DNA from: Lingula anatina
Taxonomy: Eukaryota; Animalia; Brachiopoda
Direction of reading: 5' to 3'
Length of the DNA stretch: 64,000 nucleotides
NCBI GenBank assembly: GCA_051362555.1
Contig: CM120645.1
Coordinates: 434,001 to 498,000 of the forward strand
Shown: positions 38,855 through 51,010 of the stretch, piece by piece
How positions within the stretch are numbered: the first letter of the stretch is position 1
Layout: every line of letters begins with the position of its first letter
Position numbers and translations under genes: made by a program
Notes under the pieces: model-generated
Databases searched by the model: none
The model's input: the letters and a program-made list of their open reading frames with translations, nothing else
Told to the model about the DNA's origin: nothing

Positions 38855-39225
38855 AAAAGAGCTGCTTTGTTTTTTTATTGACAAATCATTGAGTTTTTTA
38901 CAGTGCATTGATTAGTAGGAATAAAGATATCTTCATAATTGATGAGTGGAGTGAGAGTCTAAAAACAATGGTGCTTTTGAGATAATGGTATATGTATTGT
39001 TGTCAGACTAGGACAGCTGAATATGCTGTTAAACGAAAGGTTTCTTGTATTTCACATTTATAAAAAAACTGTTAAATCAGAAAAAATAAATAGACAAGTG
39101 CTATTAAAAGTAGAAAGAGCTGCTTTGTGTTTTTATTGACAAACCGTTGAGATTTTTTTACAGTGCATTGATTGGTAAGAATAATGGACTCTTCGTAATT
39201 GCTGAGTGGAGTGAGAGTCTAAAAC
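38855..39225. repeat. ~110-bp direct duplication
   Basis: AAAGAGCTGCTTTGT...GAGTGGAGTGAGAGTCTAAAA occurs at ~38856-38964 and ~39114-39224. Confidence 0.8.
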
Positions 39226-40420
39226 ACATTCACACTAGCTCTGTTCTGATACTTGTCATTAATGGTGCTTTTTAGGCAATGGTGCATGTATTGAATGCCA
39301 TATTAAAAGGATAACACTTATTCATTTTGGAAAAAAATGGAATTTCCAGGGGTACTCTTAATAATTTTCCCACATTTACCGATGATTAAAGTTACCTGTC
39401 TTACATAATATACCTAAATGAAGCAAAATAAAATTAGAACCAGAAGAAATATTGCTATAGTTAAACCAGTATAAGTGTGTTATGAAGTATTGAGTGAGAA
39501 ACGTCCGTGGAGGCGAGTATTCCACCCCAGACACCAGCTGACCTGCGCTAGAATTATGGTCAATTGATACAGATTTTAATGAGGCGTAAGATTATATTTT
39601 GTAGAGGTGTGGGTTTGGTTGGGCTAGGTTATTGAATAGCAGCATATTTCCAATACTTATTCATTGTTTTACTGTTAATCAATGAGGATTTATTTGTCTT
39701 GATGCCAGATATTGCAGAAGTTGGATCAATATTGAGGTGTGAACACAAACACCTTCAGTGAAATATATACACTGTATCATGCTGCTTTAGCTTGCAGGAA
39801 GATATCTTGGTGATTGTGACTGCTTTGGTTGTTTGTTCTATCCATTTCAAATCCGTTGTATTTGCATCACAAAACAGAAGAAGAAATCTGTATTTTTGTC
39901 ATATTAAAAATATTAATATCTTTAATGTGTTATGTAGCCAAAATATTATCGTCAAAAGAAATGTGAATGTATTAAAAGCTATGGTAAAGCATGAATATAA
40001 ACATACATCTTATTTCACTGTGTGGAATGAATGTGTCATTTGTTTGTGCCCAACCACATCAAATTTTCATTGATAAAATTGGAATGTATTTTTCCTTCAT
40101 GATAACTGCAAAAAAAAGTAAGCTCTTTAAGTATTCAATGTTAGAGAGTGGGTGGGTCGATCTTAAATTATTTATTTGTAGGTTTTAATGCTGCAAGCAT
40201 AATTTGACAATATTTGTGTTAGAGATTTTGAGGTTATCAGACATTTCTGATTTAACCCATTTTAAAAAAGGTGGAATAGATTTTTTAAAACTCTGTTACT
40301 GATGTTTCCTCTACCTGTTAAGTGCAGACTTGCGTGTACATGTGTGCTTGTTCCTGCTTGTGGGTATGTGTTTGTATTGATGTACGTGCTTGCATGCATC
40401 TACACGCGCTTATGTATTAT

Positions 40421-40600
40421 ATAGAGATAGAAATGGACAGAGCAAGAGATGGACAGAGAGAGAGAGAGCAAGAGGGAAAGAACGAGAGAGAGAGAGAGCA
40501 AGAGAGGAAGAGAGAACAAGAGAGAGAGAGAGAGAGCAAGAGAGGGAGAGAGAAAAAACGAGAGAGGGAGGAAGAAAGAAAAAGCCAGAGAGAGAGTGGG
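40421..40600. repeat. GA-rich simple repeat
   Basis: Imperfect (GA)n tract. Confidence 0.85.
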
Positions 40601-41137
40601 GGGATACTATAGGGAAAGGGAGGTGTTTATTTTTTGTCAGTTATTATGAGAAGAGTTAAAAGTACCCCTGCTACGTCCATCACTAAGACAATCTCCTCAC
40701 AGTTTACCTGGGTGGTCCATCTCTGACGTGACCACCCATCAAAGAACCTGTTGCGTAATAACTCCAGAAAATTAATGATGTTCCATTTTTTCTACAACAT
40801 TATTTGCTGCAGTCATGACAGTGGCTTGGTTTGAAGGCATCCTGTGTGGGATTTTCCTGCCAAATCAAATACTAGTACTAATGTAGCTTTGCAGGATATG
40901 TACAAATAAAAAGTATGATTTTGGGACATTTTTTTAACAAGGATATTGAACAAAGTACAGAATATTAGTAGCACAGGGTCAGATTGTGATAAGAGCAGTC
41001 CGCTGAGGACTCACATCTCTCAAAACTATATGGTGACATGCACGTTCAGTGTTCAAAGTCTAGTTTTTTAAACAGCATCTTGATTAGCTATGACATAAAA
41101 CTGAGAGTGGTGTGGAAGAGTCTGTCTGTTTTAGACT

Positions 41138-41358
41138 ACTGTAATGACTCCCATCTTTTTGATTGGAATTTATAGATCTTTCAGGTGCAAATACAGAGTA
41201 CAAAATTTTGAAATCATTAAAATTCTTTTCTGGCACATTTTTATTTGTTGCTACCAATCAATAGGAATTGTATAATTTTTTTGGAATTTATATCATTAAA
41301 AAATGCAGTATCTGTAGAATTCACAATTTTTCCCGTTGAAAAGATCAAGTGACTAGGT
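41138..41358. mobile_element. Decayed copy of the 27825 MITE family
   Basis: TACTGTAATGACTCCCATCTTTTTGA ... GAATTCACAATTTTTCCCGTTGAAAAGATCAAGTGACT, similar to the ends of the other copies. Confidence 0.5.
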
Positions 41359-44300
41359 ATGATTAAAATTTTGGCAGGTCTTTCCCACAGTTTTCCTCAG
41401 CTCCAATAAAACCTTCAACACAAATGTAGAATGTTATGTGTTCTAATCCCTACCAAAGAAAGACATGGGCATTCTAAAACATCCCCTGTGTTATTGTAAG
41501 AAACGAGGATCTGTTTCAACACACAACATAAGTTGAAAATTGTTGTTAGCATAAATGTGCAAATAATTTTATTCAGCAAAGTTGTATAACATAAGGAATC
41601 TAATACATTACTTTTCTCATTGTTTCATTTTCTTTAAAAAATGCCCCTATACAATATGTGCTTGTCATCACAACTTTCTTTAGTTACATCACTCTGGCTA
41701 TGTGAGACAGGTATGTATGTTAAACATTGGTCAATTGTTCTTAAATCTCTCATAGGTCAGTATCATACAGTTGTCTTTAAGAAGAAGTCAGCTATCGGTT
41801 TTTATTTCTATATAAAGTCCATCTCTCTCGGCTCTTTATGAAATATTCCATAGATGTTGTCTGTATATATTTGTTGGTACATTTCTGTGAATTAGAGGGT
41901 CGGGGTTCATAGGTCTTTGTCTCATTAGGAAATTGCTGATGGCGGAATTTTCAGTAACTGTGTGTGAATTCAGCTGTGGAATTGCAGAAGAAAATGTGTG
42001 GAATTATGAAATCTCATAAGACACCTGACCACAATCTAGGCCTCATTCAGAAGCAATCTCTATCATTATTAACACGTCTGTACAGGAAAATGATTCATCT
42101 CAGCATACACATTTCTCGTTTCAATTAGGAGACAAACAATTACGAACTGGACAGTTTTATTGCCCGCTGTTTGCAGCAGATATTTACTTAAACTGTGAGT
42201 AATTTCTGGATGTGGAAATCATTATCTTTTTCATGCTGCTTGTTTTAGTGTGCTGAGAAAAACTGTGGTCCTTGTACAGAATATACAGATTCCTGGCCCA
42301 AAGAACGATGTAGTGGCCATGTAACCATGATGATTTGATTTTTTTAAAGAAACTAATGAGCAGATATCTGTACAGATTCGGGGCCTCAAGGTTTTTAAAT
42401 ACAGCCTTGTTACTTTAACATTGTTTGGAATCTGATCCTTAGATTGTTTTTACCTGTCAGGTTGATTATGCAGATTCCTGGCCCAAAGGTAGAGATGAGG
42501 GCCATGGGGAGAGGATAGTGTAAAAACATGGCCCAGGTGCTGATAGAAGGCCAAAATTTCCTTTCATGTGGTAGAAAACATGTGAGAGGAAAACTTCATG
42601 TGATTTCAATTGTTCTAAGCAGCATGGATTTATTTAGTGGTCTCAGTGAAATGGTAGTTGATAAGGTATTATATGGAATCAAAGGGAACACAATTGGAAC
42701 ATGATGGCATCTATATTTAGACTATTGAACATGAACAAACAATGTTTTTCTTGTACAAGAGATATTGCTTTAGAAAATTGTCGTTTGTTTTCCATTCATT
42801 TTTCTTCCTGCTGTTGGTTGTATAATTTGATATGATTTGTACATGAAAAAAAAGATTTATATTGTACAGAAAGTATTATCTCTTAAAATAAATACTTTAT
42901 TGTGTCTCTTGTGTGATTCATGCACAGTTTTTGATAAGCGATATTCTGCTTTTGCTTCAAAAGTTGATCGCGTGTTTGATATTCCTTGTACTGACAAAAG
43001 ATGTAGTTTTTCCAGTTAAACCTCAGCTGCTGATTTGTCCATTAGCCATTTATCAGGAGGCAAATAATTCTGGATGCAAATAAGTCTATGTCATTAATAA
43101 ATAATTGTTGTATTTCTTTGAAGGAAATGTTGTTGTTTTGTTGTTCTCATTCAGAGTTTTTTTTTTTTCATGGAAAATTCTCTTTGATATATGTCACTGT
43201 TTAAAAGAGAAAGGTTATCATTGTGCAGTGTTTTGTTCAGGAAGCTGCAGGAAAGAAACAAAATTTCCAGGAGACAAATGATGAAGTATTGTTGTGAAAT
43301 GGTATCAATTACTCTTGCTGAGAGCCGTATCAGGGAATCTTCTGCATTGCAACAATATCTTTTATTACATTAGAGGCCCACTGCTGCATTGATGTATCAT
43401 TTATAAGGTTGATTGAATTTATTTTCATACCATACCAGTTATAAACTCTAATCACAAAGAAATTGATAGCCTTGTTATATTGTTATCTGCTCTCTTTCTA
43501 GGAGAGTTAACCCAACTTGTACTTCACAGTTTACGCATTTTGTTTTGATTAATCTTTTTCTGATTCTAAAGAGAGCAACTGAGAAGGTGGATCATCTAAA
43601 CATCAAAAAGAAAAAAAATAATTTCCTTGGCAATCTTATCTAATGTTCAACTTACTAATGATATTGTTGTACTGAACTGTTGTTTGCGAGGTTGAATTTC
43701 AATTTCTTTATTTTTTTTTACCATATTTAATATATAATCACAGAATTATTTGATAAAATGGTTGTATTGCATTTGCTTACATCTGAAATGTATATCAAAG
43801 CTTATATATTTCATTGGTTTCACATTGTCTTATTTCTTATTCTGAATTAAACAAAAATAAAAACTGGAACTAAAAACATCAAATGAAAAAAAAAGATTAT
43901 TAACAGTACACAATAAACCAAACAAGTTGATACTTATGAGATGAGAAAATATATTAATAACAGATAATCTGCAACTGGGAACAGGAAGAACCGAGATTAA
44001 CGTAATGGTATTGATTAAGATGTGTCCAGACACAACCTAGGAAGAAAAAAAAACTTCCTCTGTTAAAAACAGATTAATAGCAAACCCCCCAGGGAAAGCT
44101 GAATAGCTTGTAGTCCCCTTGGCTCCCATCACAAGGTGCAACTGAATTCACATTTAGCACCTAGCTTTCTTCCTTCCTTTGAAGACTGTGCCATCATTTT
44201 CTCATTACCTCTCGATCAGCTGTCCGTCAGGTTTCGGAGTCCAATAACACGCGTTAATCCTCATTGCTGTTCCTCCGTCACAACTGGTACCTGCTCTGTC

Positions 44301-46959
44301 TTGGCACGGACAGAGGCAGGGGGGTGATTGGGGGGGGGGGCACGGATTACAGTTATACCCTATGAAACAAGACAAATGAAGATATATAGAAGAGAACTTC
44401 ACTGTAATATACAGGACACAGGAATGGATTATTGCCATTTTATCTCATTTTTGTTTTCTTACAGTAATTTACTCAATCTTTTCCATGGGGGAAAATGAAT
44501 TTTACAGATACTGTATTTTTTAAAGTTATAATTTCTTATTATGAAAACATAGTGTCCCCTTCCCTCCATATCTTCCATTGCCTGGGGAGCTCTCAGTCAG
44601 AATATGTGCATGGTGGCCAGGTAGTAGATGGAGGGAAGTGGATATTTTGTGGTCATGGAATTATTTGTCTGTTGGAGAAAAAAAAGGGAGAGGGGAGGCC
44701 GATATTTTACTTTTGCACAGAGTTCAGAAAAGAAATGTGTCCATCAGAGTGGAGAAATGTAGCAGAATGTGTGGCAATATAAATTTGTTTTGGTAATTTG
44801 ATTGTATATGTAGTGGATTTTCCAATTGTAATGTTTTTGTCCTCTCTCCTCATATTGAAATGAAATATTTATCTACGTATCTAGGGTTGTGGAAGTTGAC
44901 TGAACTGTCAAACTTATATAGAAAAATGGATAAAAGAGGATGAAAAGAGACAAGGTATAGAGGGAGAGGGGAAGGGGAGAGAGATTGTATGCAAAGATTT
45001 TGTACTTAAGTTGCAGAATTCTCTGTAGCGTGCATCACATTTTAAAAATGTTTTTTAAAAATTTCCATAAACTAATCATCTATGACTGCACAGCTGTAGC
45101 ACGTGGCTGAGGTTAACGTCTGATCTATGACATTGCTTTATTTCAAGTAGAGAAAATTTGATGATTCGCATATGACAACTTTTTATAAAGAGAGAAATGT
45201 GAGAGAGATTGTAATTTTGCTACAAACTTTTTTCAGTGCTGATGTGTTTCTGTGCACAGGTAAATATTATACAGATATCTTAAAAAGGACATCAGTTATC
45301 TTTTTTTTTTTCTTAGTTGTCAAATCCATTTTTTAACTTGGCTGTGAGAAAATGAGCTAATTAAGTTTACTTCTAAGAATACATTCATAATAACATTGCA
45401 TCTTTCTGAGAAAGGTCGTCACAGAGCCTGAACCACAGCCGGAGAAGCCATTATGCAATATTTCACGTTACTAAGACAACATAAAAAATTCCTGTGTTAC
45501 TTCTGCTTTCTGCTGGTTGTATAAGCACATATGTAAGATATAACCAACCTTGTTTGCAATGCTGTATGAGCCAAGGTGGAGATGTGTTGTGGAGTTCCGC
45601 CACCCTGCTGAGAGAAAATGCTTTCCAGAATTTCATCTGATATCGCCTGCAGAAAACAACAGCTAGACAGATTTTTATAGTTGTACAAGTTGATTTACTA
45701 TGCTTCAGAATTTGATTGGAATGTTTCTTGTTTTCTTTGAAATGATTCTAGATGGGCTTTAGATGTGCTATGAATTAATAGAGAACTGCTTTCTTAGGTC
45801 TTACTTTCAAAATAATTTTTTTTTTTGCTGCCTTAAAATTCTAGCACGTGCATTCGTGTCTGCATGTGTGTGCATACATGCATGTTTCGATGTCAATTTT
45901 TCACAATAAGTGCCTAGTAGATAACCAATTTTATTCAATAAAAATGATGCAAGAAAAGTTGTGTAAAGCATGTGCCCAGTTCCTGGGCGGGTTGGGGAGG
46001 GAGGGGGAGGGGGGTGCTGACTTGGGATAGAAAGGATGCAGAATGTATGTCAACTTCCTCTACATCAGCCCAAGTTAATTTTCTCTTTGAAAATGGGGGG
46101 AAAATGGACCCCTCAAGGTCTACCAAGAATTTAGCTGCAAATTGAGTTGTCTTAGCCTACGTAGTTAATAAATCTCTTCAACAAACAAGATGGAGGAGCA
46201 TTCAGAGACCTTGCCACAAACAATGTCATCAACAGATATTCTCCTGCTATAATCAGTAGGCACATTACTAAAAGGCTGTGATATGAAATACAGCATAAAT
46301 AACAAATACTGCTTTTGTGAGACTTAGTGATGCAATCTTTTACCATGAACTGTTATATAATGTAACTATGATATGATGTATATGCTGTCTGTAATACCAT
46401 TTTTTCCTGACACCAGCTTTCGTCTAAATAATGATTGAAGATAGAGTTGTGTATCACATATGTCTTAGTAGTGAATATTGCATAACCCACATAGTCCTTA
46501 ATACAGTGCTCAGTCTTGCTGGCGTCGTGGCCCAGCATTTCTTCCACATCTGGGTGAAGCGTGTTGTTGTTGTGGCGTGTTCACTAGGCCGCGGAACGAC
46601 ATAAAATTTCTTCCTTGACAGATTTGTGCAATAGCGCCACCCAAACAAGTGGAAACAAATAGTTGTCAAACCTTTCACTGGAATGAGCCGTAGAACATGC
46701 TGCAGATTTTATGACATTGACACGTGTGAAATTGTGAATATGTGTGTGTGTGTGGGGGGGGGGGGGGGGGGGCTAGTTGAAATTTGGGGGGGGGGGGAGT
46801 TTAAAGAACGGGCAGCCAGCTCTAAGAGGAGATGGTTATGGTTGCGTTAAACTAAATGATCGACATGTTTTTAAGAGAGCAATTTTATAAAAATTATGTG
46901 ACCGGACAAAAATTGAGATTTATTAGCAAGGAAGCATGTATGGAAGTCTGATGTGTTTT

Positions 46960-46967
46960 AAGAGGTG

Positions 46968-47003
<36 letters not shown>

Positions 47004-47071
47004 GAGAGAGAAAAAAGAGGGAGAGAGAGAGAAGGAGTGAGTGAGGGAGAGAAAGAGGAGAGAGGGAGAGA

Positions 47072-47102
<31 letters not shown>

Positions 47103-47112
47103 GGGAGAGGAA
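46960..47112. repeat. GA-rich simple repeat
   Basis: Imperfect (GA)n tract. Confidence 0.85.
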
Positions 47113-47852
47113 GAAATAAAAGTACATGTGGGTGGGTGGGGTAGAAAATTAGTATAAAATATTGCAAAATTGGTCTCCACATCTGTTTGGTGCAAAGTAT
47201 ATTAAATTTTAGTCGCAGCTTTTTTACCATTTCCTTAAAGATCGATGGCTTTAATTAATATATCATGTGCCTCCTATGGCTTACATATATCTAGACAGCG
47301 AAGGGGAAACTGCGCTAAGACATGCCAAATAGCATATGTTATCCAGATGCGAAGGCTGCAATTTCAATAATTAATTGAAGACTATAAAAACTGCAATTGC
47401 TGTGGTGTCATAGTTTGGCAAGCACCTACTGTTTGTTGATAGTGTTGCTATGGTAACTGGTATGTGATTGTGGATTGATATTCTATGTAAATAACCACAG
47501 GACATGCAGGGAACCCATTATTATGTAATATAAAGAACATTTTCACATTGAGCAATGTTCTATAAAGGACAAAGCTGCAAGAATAATTAAGGGAATGAAA
47601 TGAGAAATATAATAAAAAAGGTGGTAGAAATATTAGCTTTTATTACTCATATGAGGTGGTGAATTTTTTATTATTTTTATTTTCTAATTTTTTTGTAATT
47701 TATTTATTTATTAGGATAAATGCAACTGCCCGTTAAATTTATATAGCAAAAATTAAAAGATATTATATGTAAATAAGTAAATATTATACATGGGTTCAGA
47801 AACTGTATGCAAAAGTCAAACTGCAGAGAGAGAGAGAGATAGTTGGAGGGTT

Positions 47853-47892
<40 letters not shown>

Positions 47893-48824
47893 ATGTTACA
47901 TCAGATTTGTTCCAAGTGTCAAGATATGTTATATTAGCCATTCCTAGAAATCACAGCCCTGCTTCTGTGTGCAATATTGGACAGAGACAACAGACCCACT
48001 TCATCTTCCATATTCAACTTCCATTATTCTAAATTGTCGACTTTATTTATGTGAGGCATTCCAGTTAATGCTCCAAATGTCCAAGAAAAAAATCCGTCTT
48101 CATTATGTTTAGTTGAATATGGTGGGTATGGGACTGCTGCATTTTGCTGGATTGGGAGACGATTTTCCATCATTTTGTCATCCATAATAGACGTTAATTT
48201 GTTCTTGGTCCCATCCATCAAATCGGCTTTCCCGCCACAATGCCCATTTAGACACCTTTGGTAGGAATTAACAAAATTTGCACTATGAGAGAAAATCATC
48301 ACATCCGTCAATGACGGGAGATACTTCGTTTGAAGGGCTCGCGGGGCTCGTTAGGGCGGCCATTGCAATTGATTGGTTGTGATAATAGGGAGCGGAAACT
48401 GCAGATTCTAAGAGAATTTGACCAATTAATTGTTCTCATTCTGTTGTAAGGAAGTTTAAGACTGGATGAAAAAATGTCTTGGTAGCTGGGATGAACTGAA
48501 TGTATTGTTTCAGAAGACATACTTGGATACCCTTTCTTTTTAATTGCTTCCTGGAATTTTGCCCATCCCTCATAGTGATTTGACTTTTATCTGTGATGAA
48601 ATAGAAATAAGATAAGACAGGAGAGAGGGGTGTCCAAAATAGGTTTTGTGTTTTTAAGATTTAATCTTTGTTTAATTTTACAATTTTTCTCCAAAGAAAA
48701 AAGAATTAATGTTGAATATTACTACTGATGTGAAGCACCAGTTGATAGGAGTGACTGGGTTAGAGTAATGTTGATTTCTTCATGATTTTAACAGTTATGT
48801 TCAAAGAATATAAATATAAAATAT

Positions 48825-48855
<31 letters not shown>

Positions 48856-50807
48856 TGGAGAATAGAAATAAAACTGGTATCAGACTCTTTAAAACACACC
48901 CAACTCCAAGACTTTTGATGTATATCCTTGTTTCCTTCATTTCCCTTTCATTAAAAAAAAATAAATAAAGAATGCATACATCTTTAAAAGGTTCAAACAT
49001 TATTCACTTGCAATTTTGTTTGTTTCTTCTTCAGAAAAAAAGGTTTCTCAAAAAATTTCAACACTGTTTAATTGTAAATTTATTTTCCTCTTTTCTTTTA
49101 GAAAAATAAAGATTTCACAAGGGCCATACACAGAGGGAGAGTGTGGTGAGAAAAAAGTTCAATGTCCAGAGGCCTTTTGTGGATGCCGAACACCAGAAAA
49201 TTTCACAAAACGGTGTGAAAATGAACTTATTGCCTTCAATAAATGGACATTTAGTGGGACAAAGATGGACATTAAGCCAGTACTGGACACTCAGGACAAA
49301 GATGCACACAAAGTGAGACTTGGACATTAACTCCCCACTGGTCATTAAGTCAAACTGGCCATTGAGAATGTAATGGACATTAACAGGGGTCAGTTGACAC
49401 CTGTCCTGGAGCTCTGGACAGGGGCGGGGTGGGGGGGGGGAGGACAGTGTCCAAACTGGACGTGAGATTGACCATCGCTGGAGCAGATATCAGGTGACAC
49501 TGGTGACGTCATGGACAGGTGGCAGGATTCAAGACAAAAATCTGGGATTGCGCTCCGAGATAATGTCAGAATTTGATGATCATTGATCTGTATTAAGAAC
49601 CAAACATCAGTTAAAAGCACCTGTGTGTTTATTTTAATTTAATTTATTGTTCATAACTGTGATATACCTGAAAAACATTTAAGCCATCGCAATTAGGAAA
49701 TAAATGTATAACATGTTTGAGTAATGAAAACAACAGCATAGAATTTTGAGGTGTCTTTGGACTGTGGTAAGAGTTGGTTACGGTTGACTTGTTTTTTTTT
49801 TCCTTACACTGGTGAACATGCACTCAGTTTATTGGTGTTAACTAGCCCTCCCTGCCTCTCAGTATTAACCATAATTTATGTTGTCTCTTGGCTAGGTGTG
49901 GGGCAACACTGAATGGGAAATGTTTGAAATGTTGTTTTGCTGAAAGTTATTTTTTTTTTTTTTTTTTCTGAACTCATGTAAAGACATCATGTTTCATCAA
50001 ATAAATGATAAAACAAATTGTAAAAGATTTTCTTGATTTTAGGGACTGAATAAAAAAAAAGTCATGCATTCATAATGATAAATAAATGGGATAGATACAC
50101 AATTTCTCTGAAAAAGTGTGTGAAACAATCCGTAGTTTTTCCTTCCTCTGTACCACTGCTTTATGGCTTTGAGTAAAATACAGAAATTCTGGTGATTACA
50201 GGAGTACGTTGGAAACAAGAGGAGGTTTGCCATTCAGTTAAGCTGGTTGCACTCAGCAAAAGTCCCCGCAGAGTTGGATTGATCTCCGTAGACGATGGTG
50301 TCTACGTGAATGGGGTCTAAGATCTCTCCCAGAGTTGAAAAGCATTCAGTGAACATTAGATATAAAATGTACTGATATAAATTTACCTCATTTGATTAAA
50401 TACAACACCAATAGTACACTGAGATTGGAGGGGGGGTGAAGGGAATTCACCTTGATCCTCAGGGTATTACTCTGCTGTCCTAGACCTCAAACTGCAGGGT
50501 GTGGAAATACATGGCTCTGTTTAACCACTGATTGAATTAACAACACTTTTAAGTCACTTTTAATTGAATTTAGTTCCATTATACAAAATGATGTGCTGGC
50601 AAGACTCCAATTCTCATCATACTTCTCATTAATTGTGTTGAGTCAGTGAACTAATGTAGTATTGTTTGTTATAATTCCCCGGCTGAGGTGACAATAGATA
50701 AGGCAGTGGAGAGGATGTTTGAGGAGAAGTGGGATGAAAGATGTTCATTAAGAGTTGGGCAACAGATGGCGAAGGCAGATCAAAGAAGATCATTGGGGAG
50801 TTGGATG

Positions 50808-51010
50808 AAAGAGAGAGGGAGGAAGGGAAGTCAGGAGGGGGGAGGAGAGAGAGAGAGGGAGGGAAGGAGAGAGGAAGGAAGGGAAGTCAGGAGGGGGAGG
50901 AGAGAGAGAGAGGGAGGGAAGGAGAGAGGAAGGAAGGGAAGTCAGGAGGGGGAGGAGAGAGAGGAAGGGAAGGAGAGAGCCAGGGAGAAAAAGGGAGGAA
51001 GAGGGAGGGT
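50808..51010. repeat. Purine-rich minisatellite (GGAAGGGAAGTCAGGAGGGG x3, ~55-bp period)
   Basis: The core recurs at ~50821, ~50877 and ~50931. Confidence 0.8.

Noticed and set aside
40322-40659. E/R-rich ORFs (also 46894-47230, 50688-51152, 38097-38462)
   Set aside because: Translations of GA/TG microsatellites.
49016-49330. 104-aa ORF with several Cys
   Set aside because: Non-ATG start, no recognisable domain and no partner exons found. Kept only as the context of the GGAC cluster.
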